Assembly: GCA_965262985.1 (NCBI GenBank)
Contig: OZ253576.1
Span: 1,031,806 to 1,095,805, forward strand
Source: Vicinamibacterales bacterium
GTDB lineage: Bacteria; Acidobacteriota; Vicinamibacteria; Vicinamibacterales; UBA8438
Reading direction: 5' to 3'
DNA: 64,000 nucleotides
Below the pieces are notes generated by a model. It was not told the origin of the DNA. It saw only the letters and a list, made by a program, of their open reading frames with translations, and did not search any database. The position numbers were made by a program, and so were the translations under genes. Positions 1 through 9,648 of this stretch are shown in pieces (position 1 is the stretch's first letter; each line of letters begins with the position of its first letter).

Positions 1-1
1 C

Positions 2-1135
2 GGCGGTCTGCTCAGCGTGGGCGCAGGCACCGACCTGAGCTTCGTCAACGTGCTGGTCATGCGTGACAGCTTCGAGTTCGGGGCCGACCTGCTGGCCGAG
101 ATCGCGCGGGAGCCGGCGTTCGACCCGGCCGAGATCGAGCGGCAGCGGCAGCAGGTGCTGTCCGGCATCCAGGTCAGCCTCGACGATCCGGAGTATCTGG
201 CGAGTGTCGTGTTCGGTCGTCTGGTCTACGGCCGTCACCAGTACGGCATGCCCCACAACGGCACTGCCGGCTCTGTCCTGAGCATCACGCGTGACGATCT
301 TCGGGCGTTTCACGAGGCGCACTATGCGCCGAACAACGCGTTTCTCGCGATCGTGGGCGATGTCGAGGCAGAGCCGGCGTTCGCGTTGGCCGAACGGGTC
401 TTCGGCGATTGGGCGCGGCGGACGCTGCCATCCCCGCCGAGCGTCGATCTGCCGGCGCCGGAGCGCCGCGTCGTGGTGGTCGACAAGCCGGGCTCCGCTC
501 AGACGGCGATCAGGGTGGGCCACCTCGCGCTTGCGCGCACCAGTCCCGACCATCTCGCGTTCGATGTGGCGCTGAAGATCCTGGGGGGGGAAGGCGGCAA
601 CCGGCTCGGGAGCGTGCTGCGCACCGAACGGTCGCTGACGTATGCCGCCTCGGCCGATGTCGCCAGCCGGCGGTTCGGGGGCGACTTCATGGCCAAGGCG
701 GACACGCGGTCGGACGCGACCGCAGAAGTCCTGCAGCTCATGGTGGGGGAGGTGGCCCGGATGCAGCGGGAACGGGTGAGCCGCCGCGAGCTCGAGAATG
801 CCCAGGCGTATCTGGCAGGCAGCTTCCCGTTGACGATCGAGGCGCCCAACGCCATTGCCGCGCAGGTCCTGGAGTCGTTGCTCTACGGTCTCGACCTCGA
901 CGATCTGCCGGTCTATCCGAACTTGATCAACGGGGTGACCGTCGAAGAGATTCAGCGGGTGTCGCGCACCTATCTGCAACCGGAACAGCTTTCGATCGTG
1001 CTCGTGGGCGAAGCCGCGGCGTTCATCGACGATGTGGCCGACGCAGGGTTCGACGACATCGACGTGGTGTCGATCGACGAGCTCGAGCAGTTTCTCCAGG
1101 CGGCGGACGCGCCGCGCTCCCAGCCGGCTCGCTGA
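2..1135 (+). CDS. M16 (pitrilysin/insulinase) family peptidase subunit, 5' truncated by the window edge
   Basis: Open frame from the window start. M16 C-terminal domain motifs (LRAFHEAHYAPNNAFLAIVGD, VVVDKPGSAQT, ILGGEGGNRL..LRTERSLTY). Confidence 0.85.
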   Translation, partial: GGLLSVGAGTDLSFVNVLVMRDSFEFGADLLAEIAREPAFDPAEIERQRQQVLSGIQVSLDDPEYLASVVFGRLVYGRHQYGMPHNGTAGSVLSITRDDLRAFHEAHYAPNNAFLAIVGDVEAEPAFALAERVFGDWARRTLPSPPSVDLPAPERRVVVVDKPGSAQTAIRVGHLALARTSPDHLAFDVALKILGGEGGNRLGSVLRTERSLTYAASADVASRRFGGDFMAKADTRSDATAEVLQLMVGEVARMQRERVSRRELENAQAYLAGSFPLTIEAPNAIAAQVLESLLYGLDLDDLPVYPNLINGVTVEEIQRVSRTYLQPEQLSIVLVGEAAAFIDDVADAGFDDIDVVSIDELEQFLQAADAPRSQPAR

Positions 1136-1166
1136 CCCGATTCTGCCGCAATCTATCGGACGCCGC

Positions 1167-2345
1167 ATGCCGGCCGCGACCAAGGTGATGCTCTCATGCG
1201 GTGAGCCGTCGGGCGACCTGTACGCCGGTGCGCTGACCGCCGAGATCCGCAAGCTGGCTCCGGCGGCCGAGGTGTTCGGCCTGGGGGGCGAACGTCTCGT
1301 TGCGGCGGGTGGGCGCCTGCTCGCCGATTTCGAAGGGCTGGCGGTGACCGGGTTGGCGGAGGTGCTGCCGGCGCTGCCGCGGCATTGGGCCGTCTATCGG
1401 CGCCTGCTGGCCGCCGCCCGGGCTGAACGCCCGGATGTGTTCGTGGCCATCGATTATTCGGGCTTCAATTTCTGGATTGGCCGCGCTGTTGCGGCGCTGG
1501 GGATTCCGGTGGTCTACTACATCAGTCCCCAGGTCTGGGCCTGGCGCCGCCACCGGCTCAGGACGATGCGTCGGTTCGTGACCAGGGCGCTGGTGATTTT
1601 TCCCTTCGAGGAAGCGTTGTATCGCGAGGCCGGAATCCCGGTGACCTTTGTCGGGCATCCGCTGATCGATCTGGCGACGCCACGCCTCGGTCGCGACGCG
1701 TTTCGGCAGGCACACGGCATGGATCCGGACGCGCCGGCGGTGGCGCTGCTGCCGGGCAGCCGCCCCAGCGAGCTGCGCATGATTCTGCCGGATCTGGTCG
1801 TCGCGGCCGAGCGTGTGGTCAGGGAGGTCCCGTCGGTGCAGTTCGTCGTCGCCCGTGCCCCCGGTCTGCCCGACGCGCTGTTCGAGCCGCTCGCGTCGCT
1901 CGCCGGCGGGTCGTCCGCGCGGCTGCGGGTCGTCGAGGCCCAGACGGACAATGTACTCGCGGCGGCAGACGTGGTCCTGACGGCGTCCGGCACCGCGACC
2001 ATTCAGAGCGCGATACACGAGCGGCCCATGGTCGTCGTCTATCGGTTGTCGCCCCTGACCTATCGGATGGGGCGCAGGTTCGTGCGGATCGAGGCCTTCG
2101 GCATGGTCAATCTGGTGGCCGGACGGAAGATCGTGCCCGAGTACCTCCAGGAGGCGTTCACCCCGGACGCCGTCGCGGCTGCCGCGCTGCGATTCCTGAC
2201 TGACGAGGATCATGCGGAACGGACGCGGCAGAGCCTGCGCGCAGTCCGCGCGGCTTTGGGCGGCGCCGGTGCCAGCCGCCGCGCGGCGCAGGCGGTGCTG
2301 GCCCTGGCCGGTGATGCCGACCAACAGCGCGCGCCGGCGTCGTAA
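1167..2345 (+). CDS. lpxB: Lipid-A-disaccharide synthase
   Basis: GEPSGDLY, IDYSGFN, YISPQVWAWR, IFPFE, LLPGSRPSE and ASGTAT motifs. ATG at 1167. Confidence 0.95.
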   Translation: MPAATKVMLSCGEPSGDLYAGALTAEIRKLAPAAEVFGLGGERLVAAGGRLLADFEGLAVTGLAEVLPALPRHWAVYRRLLAAARAERPDVFVAIDYSGFNFWIGRAVAALGIPVVYYISPQVWAWRRHRLRTMRRFVTRALVIFPFEEALYREAGIPVTFVGHPLIDLATPRLGRDAFRQAHGMDPDAPAVALLPGSRPSELRMILPDLVVAAERVVREVPSVQFVVARAPGLPDALFEPLASLAGGSSARLRVVEAQTDNVLAAADVVLTASGTATIQSAIHERPMVVVYRLSPLTYRMGRRFVRIEAFGMVNLVAGRKIVPEYLQEAFTPDAVAAAALRFLTDEDHAERTRQSLRAVRAALGGAGASRRAAQAVLALAGDADQQRAPAS

Positions 2346-2361
2346 CATGGGAGAGGGAAGG

Positions 2362-5300
2362 ATGAGGGACGTTCGTGCGGTCTGTGCGCTCTGGCTGCTG
2401 CTGGCGGGCGGCAGTCTCGTCGCCCAGACGAATACCGGTGAGATCAGCGGTGTCGTGCTCGACGCCAGCGGCGGGGTGTTGCCCGGCGCAACGGTTACGG
2501 CGACCCATCCGGCCAGCGGGCGGACGATCGAGCGCGTCACCGACGCGGAGGGCCGGTTCTTTCTCCCGGGGCTGTCGACCGGCCAGTGGGAGGTGACGGC
2601 CGGGTTGCCCGGCTTTCAGCGCGAAACACAGACCGGCATCGCCCTCGAGATCGGCCGTTCGCTGCACATCGAGTTCGAGCTCACCCTCGGCGCAGTGAGC
2701 GAGGAGGTCACCGTCGCGGTCGAAACGCCGCTGCTGCAGGTGACGACCGCGGAGATCAGCGACGTCATCGAGACCCGCGAAGTGGAGCAGATGCCGCTCA
2801 ACGGGCGGCAGTTTCTCCAGCTTGCCCAACTGACCGACGCGGTGGTGATCCCGCCCGGCGGGACTCGGGGCGGGGCGCTGCAACAGGCGGGACCGCTGCC
2901 GAACGTGGGGGGCCAGCGCGCGGGGCACAACATCTACCTGCTCGACGGGTTCAAGGTGACCGACGAGCTGTTCAACAACCTGGTCGTCAACCCGTCGGTC
3001 GACTCCATCCAGGAGTTCAAGATCCTGAAGTCGATGTATCCGCCCGAATTCGGCGGGAAAGCGTCGGCACTGATCAACGTGGCCACCAAGGCCGGCAGCA
3101 ACAGCCTGCACGGCAGTCTCTTCGAATTCGTCCGCGACGAACGCTTCGATGCGCGGAACTACTTCGATGACCCGGCCCTGCCGGTCCCGCCGCTCGACCA
3201 GCAGCAGTACGGCGGGTCGCTCGGCGGACCCCTCGTCCGCGATCGGACGTTCTTTTTCCTCAGCTACGAGCGGCAGGACACGCGGCGGTCCGTGACCCGG
3301 ACTTTCTCCGTGCCGGACGCGGCGGCGCGCGGCGGCGATTTCGCGGGCTGGGATGCAGTCTGTGACCCGCGCACGATCGACCCGCGCACCGGCGGCTGCA
3401 CGCCGTTCCCTGGCAATCGGATTCCGGCCGGCCGACTCGACCCGATCGCGCAGGCGTTTCTCTCGAACGTCTCGTTGCCGAGCGGGCCGGGGCAGTTGCA
3501 GAACCTGACGGCGGTGGAGCCGCAGGACAAGGACGTGCATCAGTTCAGCGTGCGGATCGACCACCGGCTGACCGATACCGACCAGGTGTTCGTCCGCTTC
3601 AGCACCTTCGACGCCGACGAGATCCAGCCCTTCGGCACCAGCGTGCAGCAGGAAGCGCTCGTGCCAGGGTTCGGGCGGACCCTCGATACGACGACACGCA
3701 ACCTCGGCATCAGCCATACCCGCACGTTCGGTCTCAACCGGCTCAACGAGGTCCGCTTCGGCTACCTGTCGGTCGACGGCGGACAGCGCAGCCTGAACGC
3801 CGGGGTCGATTTCGCCGGCCAGGTCGGCCTGCGGGGCGTCACCGCCGATCCCCGTGACGCCGGGTTCCCGCAGGTCTCGACGGCGGGCTTGTTCAGCACC
3901 ATGGGCGACCCCACCACCTTCATCACGAGAGCGAACGAGCACTTCGAGCTCTACGACAACTTCCTGATCGACCGGGGCGATCACCGCCTGAAATTCGGCG
4001 GCTATCTGTTCCATCTTCGCTTCCGGCCGGTCAACGCCGACACGGCGCGCGGCGCGTTCACCTACACCGGGCAGTGGACCGGCAACGCGCTGGCCGATTT
4101 CCTGCTCGGGTACCCGACGTCGGCGCGATCCGGTCTGGGCAGCGGGCGCGAGGACGCGCGCACGACCTGGCTGCATCTCTACGCCCAGGACGATTGGCGC
4201 GCCCGATCCAACCTCACGATCAATTACGGGCTGCGCTACGAGTTCAACTCGCACATGAAGGACGTCGACAACCGTCTGTCGTCGATCGACCTGTCCGTGC
4301 CGGGCGGCCGGTACGTGGTGGCCAGTGACGACGCCGGCCGCATCTCGTCCGAGGCGCAGGCGCTGCTGCCGCTGCTGCCGATGCCCTGGGTCACCTCCGC
4401 CGAGGCGGGCTGGGAGCGCAGTCTGCTTGAACCGAGCCGGCTGCGGCTGGCGCCCCGGTTCGGGCTCGCCCTGTCGCTCGGCGAGGATCGCCCGGCCGTG
4501 ATCCGCGGCGGCTATGGCGTGTTCCTCAATCAGTGGGCCTACAGCGTCCAGACGGCGTTTACGCGCAATCTGCCGTTCTTCTTCCTGAAACAGGTCGATG
4601 CGCCGTCCGACCAGTTGATCCCGACGTTGCAGACCCGCGACATGCTCGCCAGCAACGCCACCGGCAGCATCGGCGGCGCGATCATGGATAACGACTATCA
4701 GGTCGAGTACACGCAGACCTGGAGCGCTGGATTGCAAGTGGAAGCGCTGCCGCGGACGATGTTCGAGGTGTCGTACATGGGGTCGTACACAATCGGCGCC
4801 GACAACTCGACCATCCGCAACGTGCCCGAGCCGGGGCCGGGATCGATCACCGCCCGCAGACCGATTCCCGCGCTGGGTGCGGTGCGCGCCATCCGCTTCG
4901 ACGGCACATCGATATACCATGCGCTGACGTTCAAGGCCGAGCGCCGCTTCAACGGGAGCTTCTCGTTCAATACCGCCTACACGTTGTCGCAGTCCAGGGA
5001 CGACGCGTCGAGCCCGGGCGCCACCGCATTCGAGGCGAATGTGCCACAGGACGTGCGCAATATCTTCCCGGGCGAGGTGGCGCTGTCCAGCTTTGACCAT
5101 CGTCATCAGTTCGTGGCCAGCGGCAGCTACCAGTTTCCCTTCTTCGCCGGCGCCGGTGGCGCGGCGCAGACGCTGGGTGCCGGCTGGCGGGTGAACACCA
5201 TCGTCACGGTGCAGTCGGGGGCGCCGTTCACGGTCAATCTCGGGCAGGACCGCGCGAACATCGGGTCGGGGCCGGCCCAACGCCCCGATCAGATCGGCGA

Positions 5301-5622
5301 CCCGGCGCTCCCGGCGAGTCGGCGATCGGCGGAGCAGTGGTTCAACACCGCCGCCTTTGCGTTGCCGGCGCCGTTCACGTTCGGCAGCGCCCCGCGGAAC
5401 AGCGTGTTCGCGCCCGGGCTGGCGATGGTGGATCTGTCCCTGCAGAAGGACTGGCCGATCGGCCGCGACGGGCGCCTGGAGTTCCGCTGGGAAATCTTCA
5501 ACCTCCTGAACCGCACCAACTTCGACGTCCCCAACCGCATCTTCGGCACGCCCAACTTCGGCCGCATCTTCAGCGCCCTGAACGCGCGAGAGATGCAGTT
5601 CGGCGTGCGCTACCGTTTCTGA
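2362..5622 (+). CDS. TonB-dependent receptor with N-terminal carboxypeptidase-regulatory-like domain (Oar-like)
   Basis: Signal peptide, GEISGVVLDASGGVLPGATV, MPLNGRQFLQL, C-terminal Phe (GVRYRF). Purine-rich RBS before ATG 2362. Confidence 0.9.
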   Translation: MRDVRAVCALWLLLAGGSLVAQTNTGEISGVVLDASGGVLPGATVTATHPASGRTIERVTDAEGRFFLPGLSTGQWEVTAGLPGFQRETQTGIALEIGRSLHIEFELTLGAVSEEVTVAVETPLLQVTTAEISDVIETREVEQMPLNGRQFLQLAQLTDAVVIPPGGTRGGALQQAGPLPNVGGQRAGHNIYLLDGFKVTDELFNNLVVNPSVDSIQEFKILKSMYPPEFGGKASALINVATKAGSNSLHGSLFEFVRDERFDARNYFDDPALPVPPLDQQQYGGSLGGPLVRDRTFFFLSYERQDTRRSVTRTFSVPDAAARGGDFAGWDAVCDPRTIDPRTGGCTPFPGNRIPAGRLDPIAQAFLSNVSLPSGPGQLQNLTAVEPQDKDVHQFSVRIDHRLTDTDQVFVRFSTFDADEIQPFGTSVQQEALVPGFGRTLDTTTRNLGISHTRTFGLNRLNEVRFGYLSVDGGQRSLNAGVDFAGQVGLRGVTADPRDAGFPQVSTAGLFSTMGDPTTFITRANEHFELYDNFLIDRGDHRLKFGGYLFHLRFRPVNADTARGAFTYTGQWTGNALADFLLGYPTSARSGLGSGREDARTTWLHLYAQDDWRARSNLTINYGLRYEFNSHMKDVDNRLSSIDLSVPGGRYVVASDDAGRISSEAQALLPLLPMPWVTSAEAGWERSLLEPSRLRLAPRFGLALSLGEDRPAVIRGGYGVFLNQWAYSVQTAFTRNLPFFFLKQVDAPSDQLIPTLQTRDMLASNATGSIGGAIMDNDYQVEYTQTWSAGLQVEALPRTMFEVSYMGSYTIGADNSTIRNVPEPGPGSITARRPIPALGAVRAIRFDGTSIYHALTFKAERRFNGSFSFNTAYTLSQSRDDASSPGATAFEANVPQDVRNIFPGEVALSSFDHRHQFVASGSYQFPFFAGAGGAAQTLGAGWRVNTIVTVQSGAPFTVNLGQDRANIGSGPAQRPDQIGDPALPASRRSAEQWFNTAAFALPAPFTFGSAPRNSVFAPGLAMVDLSLQKDWPIGRDGRLEFRWEIFNLLNRTNFDVPNRIFGTPNFGRIFSALNAREMQFGVRYRF

Positions 5623-5642
5623 GCAATCCGCCCGATGTCGTC

Positions 5643-6743
5643 ATGCTGACAGCCGATGGGGTGAAGGCCCGCGCCCGGGAGATCGGGTTCGACTTGTGCG
5701 GTATCGCACCGGCCGAGGCGCTGCCACGGCTGCGGTTCCTGCCCGAGTGGCTGGGACAGGGGAACGCCGGCGAGATGGCCTACATGACCCGCACCGCCGA
5801 GCGTCGGGCGGATGTCCGCGCGGTGCTGCCGTCCGCCCGCGCGGTGGTCGTGCTGGGGACGCTGTACAACACCGCACATCCCTACTCCACGGAGGTCTCG
5901 AATGCCGGTGCGGCCGTGATCTCACGCTACGCCTGGGGCGACGACTACCATGACGTGCTGGGAACCCGGACCGAGGCGTTGCGGACCTGGATGACACAGA
6001 CCGAGCCCGGGGTCGAGACACGGGCGTATGTCGACACCGGACCGGTGCAGGAGAAAGTCTACGCCGAACGCGCGGGGCTCGGGTGGATCGGCAAGAACAC
6101 CTGTCTCATCCATCCGAACCTGGGGTCCTGGCTCTTTCTGTCGGAGATTCTGTGCAGCGCGGCGCTCGCCGCCGACGCCCCCGGGTTCGACCAGTGCGGC
6201 ACATGCACGCTGTGTCTCGACGCGTGCCCGACCGGCGCATTCCCCGAACCGGGCGTCCTCGACGCCACCCGCTGTCTGTCGTATCTGACCATCGAGACGA
6301 AGGGGGTCATCCCCGCGGCCGACCGTCCGGGGCTCGGGGGGCACGTCTACGGGTGCGACGTCTGTCAGGAGGTGTGCCCGTTCAACGGCGCGGCGCCGGT
6401 CAGCGACGACCCGGCGTGGCAGCCGCGCGCCGCGTTCGACCAGCCGACGCTGGCTGCGCTGTGGCGCCGGTCGGATGCCGATCTGCGGGCCGCGATTCGC
6501 CGTGGGGCAATGACCAGGGTGCGCGTGACACGGCTGCGCCGCAACCTCGCGGTGGCGATGGGCAACAGCGGCGCCCCGGAAGCGGCCGCAGCGCTCGACC
6601 AGGATGCGGTCGAGCGACGTCCGGAGGCCGAGTCGGTGCGCGATCCACTGGTGGCCGAGCATGTCGCCTGGGCTCGCACCCGTCTGGCAGCCCGTGGGGA
6701 CGACGCGCCGCCCAACCTGCTAGAATCGACGGAAGGACGATGA
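5643..6743 (+). CDS. queG: tRNA epoxyqueuosine(34) reductase
   Basis: SRYAWGDDYH, YVDTGPVQEK, GWIGKN, CGTCTLCLDACPT and YGCDVCQEVCP Fe-S motifs. Confidence 0.95.
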   Translation: MLTADGVKARAREIGFDLCGIAPAEALPRLRFLPEWLGQGNAGEMAYMTRTAERRADVRAVLPSARAVVVLGTLYNTAHPYSTEVSNAGAAVISRYAWGDDYHDVLGTRTEALRTWMTQTEPGVETRAYVDTGPVQEKVYAERAGLGWIGKNTCLIHPNLGSWLFLSEILCSAALAADAPGFDQCGTCTLCLDACPTGAFPEPGVLDATRCLSYLTIETKGVIPAADRPGLGGHVYGCDVCQEVCPFNGAAPVSDDPAWQPRAAFDQPTLAALWRRSDADLRAAIRRGAMTRVRVTRLRRNLAVAMGNSGAPEAAAALDQDAVERRPEAESVRDPLVAEHVAWARTRLAARGDDAPPNLLESTEGR

Positions 6744-7309
6744 CGAAGGTGGGAAGCGGGACGTCGCTGGCGCCAACCCTGCTGCTGTCGATGCCGCAGC
6801 TCTGCGACTCGAACTTCAAGCAGACGGTGGTGCTGCTGTGCGAGCACACGAAGGACAGCGCGTTCGGACTGGTTTTGAACCGCCAGACGGACACGCCGGC
6901 CTCGGCGGTCGTGCGGCTGAGCCCGCCGGTCGACCTGAAAGAGGACAACGGCCTGCAGCTTTGGATCGGCGGGCCCGTCGAGCCGGAGCGGGGCTGGATT
7001 CTGATGGGCCAGGAGCCGACGGACGCCGAGTCGGTTCAAGTCTGCGAAGGGTTGTATCTGTCGACCTCCCCCCACCTGCTCCGAAGGCTGCTCGTCGACC
7101 GCTCTCCGGCCCGGATCCGGCTGCTGACCGGCTACGCGGGCTGGGGCGCCGGGCAACTGGACGCCGAACTCTCATCGTCGTCGTGGCTCATCTCCGATAT
7201 CGCGCTGGATCTGATTTTCGACACCAACCCCGCCTTGATGTGGGAGACGGCGATTCGCCGCCTCGGCGCCGAGCCCTCGATGTTGCAGATGGGCCGCGGC
7301 GTACACTAG
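6740..7309 (+). CDS. YqgE/AlgH (UPF0301) family protein
   Basis: LLLSMPQL.D.NF..TVVLLCEH, GLVLNR, WIGGPVE, GYAGWGAGQL. ATGA overlap with the queG stop. Confidence 0.92.
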   Translation: MTKVGSGTSLAPTLLLSMPQLCDSNFKQTVVLLCEHTKDSAFGLVLNRQTDTPASAVVRLSPPVDLKEDNGLQLWIGGPVEPERGWILMGQEPTDAESVQVCEGLYLSTSPHLLRRLLVDRSPARIRLLTGYAGWGAGQLDAELSSSSWLISDIALDLIFDTNPALMWETAIRRLGAEPSMLQMGRGVH

Positions 7310-7348
7310 CAGCGCGTCCGGTGGCGCAACGCGGGCTCCTGTTCGCGA

Positions 7349-8983
7349 TCAGTCCGCCAGACTGAAGGTGTAGACGACGTTGCCGGCGGCGATGGTGACG
7401 TACTGCGTGCCGTCGACCGCGAAGCTCATCGGGGCGGCGTGCACCTGCCGGCCGACGGCGATGTGCCAGAGTTCTTCGCCGCTGGCGGCGTCGAGCGCGA
7501 AGAAGTAGCCGTCGACACTGCCGCTGAAGACGAGGCCGCCCGCCGTCGACAGGATGCCGGCCGTCGAGCGCGGCTGGATCACGTATTCCCACCGCCGGTC
7601 GCCGGTGCGCGGGTCGATCGCCCGGATGGCGCTGGTCGAGTTGTCCGTCGGACCGGTCGACTGCGACCCGCCGCCGAGGAAGATCTCTCCCTCCTTGTAT
7701 TCGTCGTCACGAATGAAGAAGCTCGCTTCGCTGTCGTGCGCCTGGACGTAGAACAGCTCCGTCTGCGGGCTGTAGCTCGGCGAGAACCAGTTGGTGCCGC
7801 CGCCCACGGCCGGCGACACGACGGTACCCTCGACGGTAGGAAAGGTGTCGGGCACCCGGATCGGCCGGCCGGTCGAGTCGAGGCCCTCGGCCCAGGTCTG
7901 GCGGGCGAACGGCTCGCCCACCAGGAACTCGCCGGTCTCCCGGTCGAGCGTGTAGAAGAACGCGTTCCGATTGGCCCACATCATCACCTTCCGGATGCCG
8001 CCGTTCCATTCCAGATCTCCGAGAATCGGTACCTGGATGGCGTCCCAGTCGTGCACGTCGTGCGGCGTGAACTGGAAATACCACTGCATCTCGCCGGTGT
8101 TTGCGTTGAGCGCCAGCGCCGAATCCGCATACAGGTTGTCGCCCATGCGCACGTCGCCGTTCCAGTCGGGGCCCGGGTTGCCGGTGCCCCAGTAGACGAG
8201 ATCCAGATCCGGGTCATAGGCGCCGGTGATCCAGGTCGGCGATCCGCCGGTGCGCCACGAGTCGCCGGCCCATGTCTGATTGTCCGGATGGTCCGGGCCG
8301 GGAATGGTGTTGGTGCGCCACTCGAGCTCACCGGTGGCCGCGTCATACGAGTCGAGGAACCCCCGGATGCCATACTCGCCGCCGGCGATGCCGGTCACGA
8401 CCTGGTCCTTGACGATCAGCGGCGCCGCGGTCTTGCTGTAGCCGGCCGCATGGTCGGCCACTTCCCGGTTCCACATCAGGTTGCCGGTGCGGGCGTCGAT
8501 GGCGACCAGATGGGCGTCGAGCGTGCTCATGTAGAGTGTCTCGTCGAGGATGGCGACGCCGCGGTTGTTGCGGCCGCAGCAGATCTTGAGGTCATCTGGC
8601 AGCTCGTGGTCGTAGCGCCAGAACTGCCGCCCGGTCGCGGCGTCGACCGCGACCACGTTGCTCGGCGCCTCGGTGATGAACATGATGCCGTCGACCACCA
8701 GTGGCGTCGTCTCGGCGCGATCGAGTTGCGGGATCTGGTAGGCCCACTTGAACTGCAAGTCAGAGACGTTGCCGGTGGTGATCTGATCGAGACCGCTGAA
8801 GCGCTGGCTGTCGAGTGTGCCCGAGTACATCAGCCAGTTCTGCGGTTCGTCGGCGGCGTTGAGCAGCCGCTCCCAGGTCACCGGCCGGAACGACGGGGCG
8901 CCGTCCTGGCCTGCGGCGGACAGCGGCGCCGCCGCCAGGAATCCGATCAGGACCAGGCTGGCGGTCATGGCGAATCGCTGCAT
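7349..8983 (-). CDS. PQQ-dependent alcohol dehydrogenase (methanol/ethanol family)
   Basis: Signal peptide, NWLMY, ETTPLVVDG, vicinal CC (CCGRNNRG), WGTGNPGP, TPHDVHDWD. Confidence 0.9.
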   Translation of the reverse strand: MQRFAMTASLVLIGFLAAAPLSAAGQDGAPSFRPVTWERLLNAADEPQNWLMYSGTLDSQRFSGLDQITTGNVSDLQFKWAYQIPQLDRAETTPLVVDGIMFITEAPSNVVAVDAATGRQFWRYDHELPDDLKICCGRNNRGVAILDETLYMSTLDAHLVAIDARTGNLMWNREVADHAAGYSKTAAPLIVKDQVVTGIAGGEYGIRGFLDSYDAATGELEWRTNTIPGPDHPDNQTWAGDSWRTGGSPTWITGAYDPDLDLVYWGTGNPGPDWNGDVRMGDNLYADSALALNANTGEMQWYFQFTPHDVHDWDAIQVPILGDLEWNGGIRKVMMWANRNAFFYTLDRETGEFLVGEPFARQTWAEGLDSTGRPIRVPDTFPTVEGTVVSPAVGGGTNWFSPSYSPQTELFYVQAHDSEASFFIRDDEYKEGEIFLGGGSQSTGPTDNSTSAIRAIDPRTGDRRWEYVIQPRSTAGILSTAGGLVFSGSVDGYFFALDAASGEELWHIAVGRQVHAAPMSFAVDGTQYVTIAAGNVVYTFSLAD

Positions 8984-9188
8984 CTCGAATCTCCGATCTC
9001 TGATTTCACGTCCGGCCAGCGGCGAACCAGTCGACCGCCATCCGGGGTGCGGCGTTGCCACGGTCATCCGGGGCGCCCGTGTCATCGCCGGGGCCCGCGA
9101 ACGGGTATCATCAGACGAGTGGCCGCGCATGAGGAAACACGGTACTCGAAGCGGGCCCGGAACGGAAGAGACAGAATCAGGAGGCACC

Positions 9189-9629
9189 ATGGCAACGGGA
9201 TCGGCCGCAGGCACGGACAGCAGGCAGGAGCTGATTGACGGACTCAACGAAGACCTCAACCTCGAACTCGAGGCGGTGCTGCGATATCTGTATCACTCGG
9301 CGTCGGCCACCGGTCTCCTCGGACACGAGTTGCGCGAGGAGTTGAAGTCGGACATCGTCGGCGAGGTGAATCACGCCGTGTTCCTGGCCGACAAGATCAC
9401 CGCCCTGGGCGGCGAACTCGACATCAGGCCGGCGATGCCGAAGAAAGTGCGGACCGCGAAGGAAATGATGCAGATTGACATCGCGGCCGAGCGGCAGGTG
9501 ATCGAGCACTACACCCGGCGGATCGAACAGGCCGAGGCGTTCGGCGACAAGGGTCTGGTCATCCGGCTCGAGGACATGCTGGCCGAAGAGACCGATCACG
9601 CCGAGGAACTCGAGCGTCTCGGGCGGTAG
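9189..9629 (+). CDS. Ferritin-like/bacterioferritin-family protein
   Basis: Ferroxidase pattern E..A..RY / E..HA / E..VIEHY / EE..H. AGGAGG RBS. Confidence 0.85.
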   Translation: MATGSAAGTDSRQELIDGLNEDLNLELEAVLRYLYHSASATGLLGHELREELKSDIVGEVNHAVFLADKITALGGELDIRPAMPKKVRTAKEMMQIDIAAERQVIEHYTRRIEQAEAFGDKGLVIRLEDMLAEETDHAEELERLGR

Positions 9630-9648
9630 CGAACTGACAGCCAGCGAC

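Noticed and set aside
2158-5280. Very long antisense or alternative-frame ORFs (also 37056-39290, 39029-41584, 46403-48640, 55799-57574)
   Set aside because: Shadow ORFs of high-GC genes: Arg/Pro-rich, no motifs, overlapping well-supported genes.
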